Assembly (NCBI GenBank): GCA_965223265.1
Contig: OZ244999.1
Location: 4,064,001 to 4,128,000, forward strand
Direction of reading: 5' to 3'
Source of the DNA: Planctomycetota bacterium
GTDB taxonomy: Bacteria; Planctomycetota; UBA8108; SXIK01
Length of the DNA: 64,000 nt
Each line of letters begins with the position of its first letter. Position 1 is the first letter of the stretch. A program made the translations under genes and the position numbers. Shown one piece after another: positions 41,198 to 49,719 of the stretch. Under the pieces are notes generated by a model. The model was not told where the DNA came from. It saw nothing but the letters and a program-made list of their open reading frames with translations, and did not search any database.

Positions 41198-43633
41198 ATG
41201 CGCCTGCGAACGGCACTTGTTCTCGTCACGCTCGGCGCTGCGGGATGGTCGCCGGGAATCGACGCGCAAACGCCGTCTCTTTTCCGCCGCGGCGATATCA
41301 ACGTCGACGGCGCCGTTGACGTGAGCGACGCGATCGGTCTACTCGCCGGCCTTTTTCGAGGCGTCGCCTTGCCACCCTGTGACGACGCCGCCGACGCGAA
41401 CGATAGTGGCGACCTCGATCTCTCCGACGCCATCTTCGTGCTTGGCTATTTGTTTCGCGGCGCCGCGCGGCCACCACATCCTGGACCGAATCTCTGCGGC
41501 CGCGATCCGACACCGGACGAACTAAGCTGTGACGAGTACCTGGCGACCGTGCCCGAATTCAACTGCGAGAACGCCGTTGAACAAGTGTTTCGTGGCCGCT
41601 TCTACGGCAGCATTCTCATCACGCCGATCGTCTCCGATCTCAACGGCGACGGGCGACTCGACGTCATCGGCGTGCGAAACCGCAGCCTGGTCGTGATGCC
41701 TGGCGTCGGAGGCGGCACGTTCGGTGCCCCGAGGAGCTATCCGGCTCCGCGCCCCTCGGATCTCAGACTGCTCGATGTCGATGGCGACGGCATCCGCGAT
41801 GCAGTGACCATCAGCCCTGGAGGCCGTTCACTCAGTGTGTTTCGCGGATTCGAGGACGGCACGTTCGACGACGCCACAACAACTGCGTTCACCGACGAGC
41901 CCGTCGGGTTCGACGCCGGTGACTTGAACGGCGACCTCCGCGGCGACTTCGTCGTCACGGTGCTTTCTGCCGCCGGAATCGCCTCACTCGAAACGTGGAT
42001 CGGCACTCCAGACCTCGCCGCGCTCGAGCGACGCTTCACGACTGTTGTTATTGACACTCCGCGCATCGGAGATGCCGTCGATGGAAACTCACCGCGCCTC
42101 GGAGACTTCAACAGTGATGGCATGAACGACGTCGTCATCGTCGGCGCCGCGCTCAGATTCTTTTGGGGTAGCGGAGATGGCATTCTCACACCAGGACCTA
42201 CGCGACAATTAGCCGAGCCCGCGCACGCGCTGGTTGTCGCCGAGTTCGGGGGTGGGCCAGACGTCGACTTGGCCGTCGCAACGACAACCTCAATCTCCGT
42301 CCTGCGCGGCCTCGGAACTGGTACGTTCGAGGCAGCCACGCAGCTGCCCGTGGAGACAGTGTCTCTTGCAGTCGGCGATGTCGACAGTGATGGCGATGGT
42401 GATATCGTTGCCGATGGCGTAACCCTCCTTCGCAACGACGACGCGCTGCGGTTTACGCTCGTACGCAACGGCTGGCCTGACGCCCGTGGGCCAGCCGCGC
42501 TGCAGGATCTTGATGACGATGGGAACGCGGACCTGGTCGTCCCCGCATCGGGAGGCGTCGTCGTTCTCAAGGGGTCAGGGAGTGCCGACTTTCCAGCGCC
42601 GCACCTCCAACCGACGACGACGCGCCAAACGAACATCGCGGTCGAAGACTTCGACGACGATGCTCGCGTGGATTTCGCCGTGACGTCAGAGAGCAGCGAC
42701 CGAGTGCTGATCTTCCTGGGAAGTGATGGAAACCGTTTTGATACCCTGCAGTCGTTCAGCGTCGGCAGTGATCCATCGTTTGTCCTCGCCGCAGACGTCG
42801 ATGACGATGCCATCACCGACCTCGTAGTGTTGAGCTTGGAAGACGACAGCATGTCCATCTTACTCGGGAGCGGCGACGGCACGTTCTCGCCGCCACGATC
42901 GCAACTCGTGGGAGACTCGCCGCGCGGGGTTGCGGCCGCGGATATCGACGACGACGGCGCGACGGACCTGGTGGTCGCAAACGGTGGGGTGAATTCATTT
43001 TCCCGCGGCTCGCTCCTCGTTCTGCGAGGGTCCGGTCAGGGATCCTTTCCAGAGTCACGCCCTTTGCCTTCGAGTCGGCGCCCGTGGGCGGTGTCGATCG
43101 CGCACGTCAATAGCGATGACGTCCTCGACATCCTCGTGGCAAATGAGCGCTCCTCGACTGTGACGGTCCATGTTGGCACCGGCGATGGGCAGTTTCAGCA
43201 AGCTCGCGATTACTTGGTCGACGTACAGCCGACATCGCTTGCCGTTGGCGATCTTGACGGTGACGGCAACCTCGATTTCGTTACCGGCAACGATCGAGGT
43301 CACAGCGTCACGGCCTACCTGGGGCTCGGTGACGGGCGTTTCGACCGGGCCGGCACATTCGGACTTGGGTTCGAGACAAGCGATATCAGCGTCGTGGATA
43401 TCGATGGCGATGGGCTGGTGGACGTTCTAGCGACAACGAGCGGCACCGGCCAGCTAGCGGTTTTTCGCGGCCATGGCGATGGCTGGCTTTCGCCTCCGGA
43501 GTCTTATCCGGCAGGAGTCGGATCCCGCGCATTTGCGCCGGCCGACGTGGATGGAGATGGCGACTTCGACGTACTGATCACAAACGTCGCCCGCGACGGC
43601 GTGACGGTTCTTGAGAATTCCGCCGTGCGTTAG
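41198..43633 (+). CDS. Secreted FG-GAP/VCBS repeat protein with N-terminal dockerin-like domain
   Basis: Signal peptide ending IDA. FRRGDINVDG...CDDAADANDSG...YLF, then more than ten D(L/V/F)(D/N)xDGxxD repeats. Start 41198 or 41120. Confidence 0.85.
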   Translation: MRLRTALVLVTLGAAGWSPGIDAQTPSLFRRGDINVDGAVDVSDAIGLLAGLFRGVALPPCDDAADANDSGDLDLSDAIFVLGYLFRGAARPPHPGPNLCGRDPTPDELSCDEYLATVPEFNCENAVEQVFRGRFYGSILITPIVSDLNGDGRLDVIGVRNRSLVVMPGVGGGTFGAPRSYPAPRPSDLRLLDVDGDGIRDAVTISPGGRSLSVFRGFEDGTFDDATTTAFTDEPVGFDAGDLNGDLRGDFVVTVLSAAGIASLETWIGTPDLAALERRFTTVVIDTPRIGDAVDGNSPRLGDFNSDGMNDVVIVGAALRFFWGSGDGILTPGPTRQLAEPAHALVVAEFGGGPDVDLAVATTTSISVLRGLGTGTFEAATQLPVETVSLAVGDVDSDGDGDIVADGVTLLRNDDALRFTLVRNGWPDARGPAALQDLDDDGNADLVVPASGGVVVLKGSGSADFPAPHLQPTTTRQTNIAVEDFDDDARVDFAVTSESSDRVLIFLGSDGNRFDTLQSFSVGSDPSFVLAADVDDDAITDLVVLSLEDDSMSILLGSGDGTFSPPRSQLVGDSPRGVAAADIDDDGATDLVVANGGVNSFSRGSLLVLRGSGQGSFPESRPLPSSRRPWAVSIAHVNSDDVLDILVANERSSTVTVHVGTGDGQFQQARDYLVDVQPTSLAVGDLDGDGNLDFVTGNDRGHSVTAYLGLGDGRFDRAGTFGLGFETSDISVVDIDGDGLVDVLATTSGTGQLAVFRGHGDGWLSPPESYPAGVGSRAFAPADVDGDGDFDVLITNVARDGVTVLENSAVR

Positions 43634-43920
43634 CTTCGAGTTCGGCCCTCTCACGCCTGTCCGACCGGACGATTCGGCGCAGAGCTCAAGTCGCTCACCC
43701 TTCTTTTTCGCCCCTGGGCTCTCGTGCGTAGCCGAACACTTCTGAGCGGCCCTTTGAAGATTGGAGGGTGGCACGTCGCGATGACCGCGGCAGCGGGAGA
43801 AAAGGGCACGCGTTCTGCGGGAACGCCGCCGCGATGTCTGTGCGTTGTCTGCTATAATCGGTGGCTACAGAAGGGTCCACTACGTCGGCAGTACGCGTGC
43901 ATCGTAGGCTGCGTTGCGCT

Positions 43921-43953
43921 TTCATAACGTATTCATAACGTATTCATAACGTA
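43921..43953. repeat. Tandem repeat (TTCATAACGTA) x3
   Basis: Read directly. AT-rich unit in a GC-rich genome. Confidence 0.8.
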
Positions 43954-43999
43954 GAAGTGACCGGCAAGATCGAGCCCCAATTGACCAACAATCGCCCTT

Positions 44000-44089
44000 T
44001 AACAGCTCGCTTGAAAAAGTCATTCGGCCGAGAAACAGGCCTCTTCGCATCCAGTTTTCGACTCGAAGTACTTTTTCAACAGGCTGTTA
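44000..44089 (-). mobile_element. MITE-like foldback element, internally deleted copy 5
   Basis: Both ends present (ttgaaaaagtcattcggccgagaaac... and ...ccagttttcg...ctttttcaacaggctgtta). About 90 bp of interior missing. Confidence 0.8.
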
Positions 44090-44176
44090 ACTCGAGGTTA
44101 ACTCGAGGTTAAAACCAGACCGCGACGCGGCTGCCATCCTGGATCCCTTCCCTTCATCGAATCTGCATAAGAACGA

Positions 44177-47100
44177 ATGCTTCGACCTCGACCACACATC
44201 TTCGCCGCGATCGTTTGTCCTCTCCTGTGCATCGCGCTGACAGCAGCTCTTTCCGCCGCCGACTGCAACTTCAACGGCATTGAGGATGGCGACGAGACGG
44301 CTCAGTCAACAGACCTTGACTGCAACGCCAACGGCATCCCGGACACGTGCGAGACCGCACCGCCAGCATTTAGAGCGCGGTCTGTTCTGAGCGTCGGTGG
44401 CGTCGCCAACAGCTTTCCGTGCGGTGACGTCAACGGCGACGAGATCCCTGACGTGATCGCAGGACACAATCGCGGCTTCACGGTTCTCCTGCAGCGACCG
44501 GCCGAGAGAGAATTCGACGCCACCGACTACCCGGTCGACGGTGCCGGCAAAAAGTGGCTCCTTTTGGACGTCGACAGCGACAATGATCTCGACGTCGTCG
44601 GTGTGCAGACACGCCGCGTAGTGACATTCCTCAACAATGGCGAGGCCGAGTTTGCGGGTCCCGTCGATACCGAGTTCGACTCGGGAGTTGAGTCGTTCGC
44701 CGCAGGCGACATCGATGCAGACGGCATCGTTGACGTAGTGCTCACGAATCGGGTCCGCGACCAGGTCTCCGTTTTGTTCGGCCGCGGCGATGGCCGATTC
44801 GATCGCGCCGCCCATACGGCCGTCGGAGAGTTCCCACTCGCGGTGGCTATCGCCGACCTCGACGGCGACGGCGACCTCGACGTTGCGACCGCCAACCGCG
44901 ATGGCAACAGCGTCACGCTCCTCTCCAACGATCAAGGCGAGCTGGGTGAACGACAGGACGTCCAGGTCTCTGGGAGCTCACCGCAAGCCATCGTCGCCGC
45001 AGACTTCGGCGGCACGTCGCTTCCCGAACTGGTTGTTGGCACTCTTTCTTCGACGCTACTTTTGGAGAATCGAGGCGGCGAGCTGACACCAAGAGACCTG
45101 ACGGTCGGCCTCGGGATTCAGCAACTCAGCGTCACGGACGTCAACGGTGACGGAAAGGACGACATCGTTGGCAGCATTCTCGACCCGCGCGCGTTCTGGA
45201 CACTGACGTCTCTCGACGCAGGTGAATTCTCCCTCCACTCCTTCAATCTTGGAGACCGGCCGGAGGCGACCGAGGGCTGTGACCTCGACGGCGATGGCGA
45301 CAGCGAGCTGTGTCTCGGCTTCTTCGGACTCGAGACGGTGAACGTGCTCTGGAACGATGACAGCGTCGAGCGCAACTTTCTTTCGTTCGGCGCTCCTGAG
45401 TTTTACGAGGCGGGCGGAAGACCGCACACCGCCGGCACGGCTGACTTCAACGGTGACGGACACCTCGACCTCGTCACCGGCAACAATCGCAACAGCTCGA
45501 CGGGTATGTCGGTCTACATCAATCGCGGCGATGGAACGTTTCTACCTCGCGCGCACTACAACTCCATCGCCAGATCGTTCGCGATGGTCGTCGACGATTT
45601 CGACTTAGACGGCCACCTGGAATTCGCGGTGGCAGACCCCTCGCAGAATAAGCCGGACATCGGCGTCATGCGAAACCGAGGCGACGGCACGTTCGTCTCC
45701 AGCCATACGCACAATTTGACGGGAGGTGCGTTTCACGTCACATCAGGAGATCTCGACGGCGACAGTTTTCCTGACCTCGTTGCGTCGATGCAGGGTGTCG
45801 GTGCTGTCGCGCTACTCTTCAATGCTGGAGACGGCACGTTCACGAACGTCACCGACATTCGCGTTGGCGCCCGTCCCGTGAGCGCCGCAGTGGTCGACGT
45901 GGACGATGACGGACACCGCGACATCGCTGTAGCGACGCTTTCTGGGGGTGGGATCGATTTGCTTCGGGGTGATGGCAGCGGGCTCTTCTCAGATCCCGAG
46001 AGGTTTCCGTTGGCCAACTCGCCTTCGTTCGTGATTGCGGTCGACATGAACGTCGACGGAGCTCCGGATCTCGTCACCGTGAGCGAATCGGGACAGAACG
46101 CGACGGTTCTATGGAATCAAGGACGGGGAGGATTCTCGGCCTCGCAGCCGTGGCCGCTGCGGACAAAGCCCTATTCGGTCCTCGAGGGTGACATGAACGC
46201 CGACGGCTTGCCAGATATCGTTGCGCTCAGTGAGCTGATCGGGAATTTCTCGCTGCTGCTCAATGGCGGCGACATGACGTTCAGCTCTCCGATACTGCTC
46301 GGGACGGGGCCGGGGCCGCGATACGGCGCGATCGGCGACTTCGATGGCACCGGGACGGATGACCTCATGAGTGCGAATCGCCCCGGCAACAGTATCACGG
46401 TGATCCGCAACCAAACGGATGTGGCGTCGTTTCCCGCGGCGGCGCTAGAGCTGATCTGCACGGAAAAGAACTTCCTCGATATCTCTCGCCGGGTCACCAC
46501 GCGCGGTTTGACGGTACGAGCGACGAAGTACGTAGCGCCCGCGCGAGCCGACGACGCGTCGCTTCTCTCGACGCAGTACCAGAACGTCAACCGCTTCGAG
46601 CTGCACGAAGAGTTCCTCGGCGCGGTGTTCCCCGAGCGCTTCCCGTCGCTGCCGGGCGACCGCGAGTTCTACAACCAGCTCATCGGCCGCCGCGCCACGC
46701 GTGACTACTACGTCGGCGTCTTGACGCGTCGCCAAGCGGAAAGCGGCCCGCTCTACACCTTCACCGCCGTCACCGACACCGGCTTCAGCGTCGGCGAGAT
46801 TCTCGAGCAAGAGGAGCTCGAAGGCCTCTACACCACTCTCAAGGAGTCGTTCACTCTCGAGCCCCTTGCCTACGAGCCCGACACCGAGCTCGCCCGCCGC
46901 AAAGCCGAGACCTTCCAAAACCCACAGTTCCCCGTCCACTTCGACGACGGCGCCGCCGGGCTCGACTACGAGCCCTACACCCTCGCCACCGGCTACGGCC
47001 GCGTGCGACTCTTGACGCTCGAAGAGTTCAACGACGCCAACGACAGCGGCACCTTCACCTTCCAGGACGTCCTCGTCGTCGATCTCGCGCCGCGCGACAT

Positions 47101-49618
47101 CGAAGGCATCGTCGGCGGTGTCATCACCGCCGAGCCCCAGGGAAACCTCAGCCACGTTGCCGTGCGCACCGCGCGACGCGGCACCCCCAACGCCTTCGTC
47201 AAAGACGCCCGCGACGTCTTCGCACCACTAGAAGGCAAGCTCGTGCGCCTGCAGGTCTTCGACACCGAGTTCTTCGTCGACGAGGTCGAGCTCGAAGAGG
47301 CCCAGGAGTTTTGGGACTCCAACCGACCGCGCTTCGAACCGCCGCCCACGTTCGACGAGCTCTACAGCGCCCTCGACTCGCTCGCAGAGATCGACCTCGA
47401 CAGCGACCCCGTCAGCCGCTTCGGCGGCAAGGCGAGCAACTTCTCCAGGCTCCAGCGCCTCCTCACCGGCACCTACCAGCAGTACCAAGAGCGCGGCTTC
47501 GCCATCCCCATGCACCACTACCTGCGCTTCATGAACGAAAACACCCTCACACTCGAGGGCGGCAGAACCCTCACCTTTCAGCAACACCTCGACGAGATCC
47601 TCGCCGCCCCCGAGTTTCAGAGCGACTCGCAGCTGCGCTTTGAGGCCCTCGATGAGTTTCGCGATCGCGTCCGAGGCGAAGGCGTCGTCGACCCAGCACT
47701 GATCGCCGCGCTCGCTGTGCGCATCGAAGAGGTCTTCGGTGACACCACCACCATGGTGCGCTTTCGCTCCTCCTCCAACGTCGAAGACCGCCTCGTCTTC
47801 AACGGCGCCGGACTCTACGAGTCCACCTCGGTCTGCGCCCAGGACACCCTCGACCCCGCCTCCCCCGACGCCTCGCACTGCGACCCGACGCGCACCAATG
47901 AACGCACGATCGAACGCGCGCTCAAGAAAGTCTGGAGCAGCCTCTGGACCTTCAGAGCTCACGAGGAGAGGACCTTCTTTCAGATCCCCCCACAGCTCGC
48001 CTCCATGGGAATCCTCTGCAGCCGAGCCTTTCTTGACGAGAGCGCCAACGGCGTCGCCTTCACCGGAAACCCCACCAGTGTCGACGACAAGCGCTACGTC
48101 ATCACCGCCCAGCTCGGCGAAGAGAGCGTCGTCAGCCCAGAGCCCGGAGTCTCGATCGAGCGCAGCTTGCTGGAAGTGGCAGGCGGCCAGGTCGTGCGCA
48201 TCATCCGCGATCGCTCCTCAACTCTTGTCCCACCCGGTGAGGTCATCCTCACCGACGAGCAGCTCATCGAGCTCGGAGGCGTCATGGCGCACGCCGACGC
48301 TGCGTTCGAGCTCGACCTCGAAGGGCACCAGCGGCGTGAGGTGCTGCTCGACTTCGAGTTCAAGATCGAGCCCGACGGTTCGCTCGCGATCAAGCAGGTG
48401 CGCCCTTTCCTCATTCCGAACACCGCGCCGAAAACGCCCACCTTCGAGCTCGAGGTGCCTGAGGGAAGCATGGTCTGCTCAGTCTTCTCCAAGGAGCGCG
48501 TCGGACGCGAGCCGCGCCGCGAGTTCGAAACCAAGAGCACCGTGCGGCTGGTGCCCGGGGTGATCACGCTGCCGACGGCCAGTGACACGCTCTCCGGCGA
48601 GCTCTTCGCTGAGGTGCGCTTCGGAGCAGCGCAGGAACTCGCCGTGCCGCTCGAGGACGGGCTCTTTCGACTCGAGAAGGTGAGCGCCGGCGGCAGTCTG
48701 ACCACCTATCGATTCAGCTTCGAGCAGACCTTTGCCCTCGGTGAGAGCGACGTGCTCGCGCTGCGCGTCTTTGGCATCGACTTTAAGGGACGCGGCGAAG
48801 TGCCGATCGAGCCCGCCGTCACCCTCAACGACGAATACCTGACGTTCGACCTCACCATGGAAGCAGAGCTCAACGGCGAGCCCATCGCAAGCTACTCCTC
48901 ATGCACCTACTCCCTCCTGCCGCAGTTCGAGCTCGCCTTCGAACTCGACGGCGGTGACTCCATCAATATCAGAGAGCGGTTCCTCGAAGCCGAGAGCTTA
49001 ACGTCCACCGGACCGGCGGCTGTCGTCCACGCTGCCGTGGAGCTCGGCGGCGAGCGTCGCGTCGTCACCGACTACTGGAAACTCGTCTACACCGCACAGC
49101 GACACAACTTGGAAGTACGCTACTGGATTCTCTTCGAGCCAGCGATCTCCGCCGCTGGACTAGCGAAACCGGTTCACGCCGTGGAGGTCGCGCCGGCCGA
49201 CCGTGAAATCGTCGTGCCGCCAGGTGCGCCGCCCATCGTAAGGCGCACCGAGTCGAGCGTCACGTTCCTCGACGCTGACTTTGAGCCTATTGCAACGCCC
49301 GCCGTCATCGACTTCTCGCGCCGCACGGTCGACTCGACGGAACCGCGGTTTCGCCGCGGTGACGTCAACTCCGATGGCATCATCGACCTCGCCGATGCTC
49401 TCGCCGAGCTCAGTTATCTATTCCGCAGTGGTGAGACACCCGTTTGCCTCAAGGCTGCCGACGCCGACGATGATGGTCGACTCAACGTCTCCGATGCGAT
49501 CACGATTCTTCTGCACCTGTTTCGAGGTGCTGGGCCGCTGCCGCAGCCGGGCGTCGCATGTGGAGTCGACTCCTCGTCGGACGCACTCGCATGCGAGTCG
49601 CAAAGCGGTTGCCGATAA
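44177..49618 (+). CDS. Secreted multidomain protein: FG-GAP repeats + phospho-His domain + PEP/pyruvate-binding (ATP-grasp) dikinase domain + C-terminal dockerin-like domain
   Basis: Signal peptide, DCNxNGxxDxCE motifs, many FG-GAP repeats, LSHVAVRTARRG, FGGKASN, FRSSSNVED...GAGLYES, KVWSSLW, GVAFT, DFEF, KQVRP, FRRGDVNSDG...LF. Confidence 0.85.
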   Translation: MLRPRPHIFAAIVCPLLCIALTAALSAADCNFNGIEDGDETAQSTDLDCNANGIPDTCETAPPAFRARSVLSVGGVANSFPCGDVNGDEIPDVIAGHNRGFTVLLQRPAEREFDATDYPVDGAGKKWLLLDVDSDNDLDVVGVQTRRVVTFLNNGEAEFAGPVDTEFDSGVESFAAGDIDADGIVDVVLTNRVRDQVSVLFGRGDGRFDRAAHTAVGEFPLAVAIADLDGDGDLDVATANRDGNSVTLLSNDQGELGERQDVQVSGSSPQAIVAADFGGTSLPELVVGTLSSTLLLENRGGELTPRDLTVGLGIQQLSVTDVNGDGKDDIVGSILDPRAFWTLTSLDAGEFSLHSFNLGDRPEATEGCDLDGDGDSELCLGFFGLETVNVLWNDDSVERNFLSFGAPEFYEAGGRPHTAGTADFNGDGHLDLVTGNNRNSSTGMSVYINRGDGTFLPRAHYNSIARSFAMVVDDFDLDGHLEFAVADPSQNKPDIGVMRNRGDGTFVSSHTHNLTGGAFHVTSGDLDGDSFPDLVASMQGVGAVALLFNAGDGTFTNVTDIRVGARPVSAAVVDVDDDGHRDIAVATLSGGGIDLLRGDGSGLFSDPERFPLANSPSFVIAVDMNVDGAPDLVTVSESGQNATVLWNQGRGGFSASQPWPLRTKPYSVLEGDMNADGLPDIVALSELIGNFSLLLNGGDMTFSSPILLGTGPGPRYGAIGDFDGTGTDDLMSANRPGNSITVIRNQTDVASFPAAALELICTEKNFLDISRRVTTRGLTVRATKYVAPARADDASLLSTQYQNVNRFELHEEFLGAVFPERFPSLPGDREFYNQLIGRRATRDYYVGVLTRRQAESGPLYTFTAVTDTGFSVGEILEQEELEGLYTTLKESFTLEPLAYEPDTELARRKAETFQNPQFPVHFDDGAAGLDYEPYTLATGYGRVRLLTLEEFNDANDSGTFTFQDVLVVDLAPRDIEGIVGGVITAEPQGNLSHVAVRTARRGTPNAFVKDARDVFAPLEGKLVRLQVFDTEFFVDEVELEEAQEFWDSNRPRFEPPPTFDELYSALDSLAEIDLDSDPVSRFGGKASNFSRLQRLLTGTYQQYQERGFAIPMHHYLRFMNENTLTLEGGRTLTFQQHLDEILAAPEFQSDSQLRFEALDEFRDRVRGEGVVDPALIAALAVRIEEVFGDTTTMVRFRSSSNVEDRLVFNGAGLYESTSVCAQDTLDPASPDASHCDPTRTNERTIERALKKVWSSLWTFRAHEERTFFQIPPQLASMGILCSRAFLDESANGVAFTGNPTSVDDKRYVITAQLGEESVVSPEPGVSIERSLLEVAGGQVVRIIRDRSSTLVPPGEVILTDEQLIELGGVMAHADAAFELDLEGHQRREVLLDFEFKIEPDGSLAIKQVRPFLIPNTAPKTPTFELEVPEGSMVCSVFSKERVGREPRREFETKSTVRLVPGVITLPTASDTLSGELFAEVRFGAAQELAVPLEDGLFRLEKVSAGGSLTTYRFSFEQTFALGESDVLALRVFGIDFKGRGEVPIEPAVTLNDEYLTFDLTMEAELNGEPIASYSSCTYSLLPQFELAFELDGGDSINIRERFLEAESLTSTGPAAVVHAAVELGGERRVVTDYWKLVYTAQRHNLEVRYWILFEPAISAAGLAKPVHAVEVAPADREIVVPPGAPPIVRRTESSVTFLDADFEPIATPAVIDFSRRTVDSTEPRFRRGDVNSDGIIDLADALAELSYLFRSGETPVCLKAADADDDGRLNVSDAITILLHLFRGAGPLPQPGVACGVDSSSDALACESQSGCR

Positions 49619-49719
49619 GCCCGCCGGAGAACGCGGCGCCAGAGCGCGAGTTGCCACTGGCGAACACCGGGGACCTCAATGGCTGGATCAACGCGAGAAC
49701 GGGCGGTTATGCTGGTGGC

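Noticed and set aside
41737-42882. 381-aa Ser-rich minus-strand ORF
   Set aside because: Antisense shadow of Asp-rich FG-GAP repeats.
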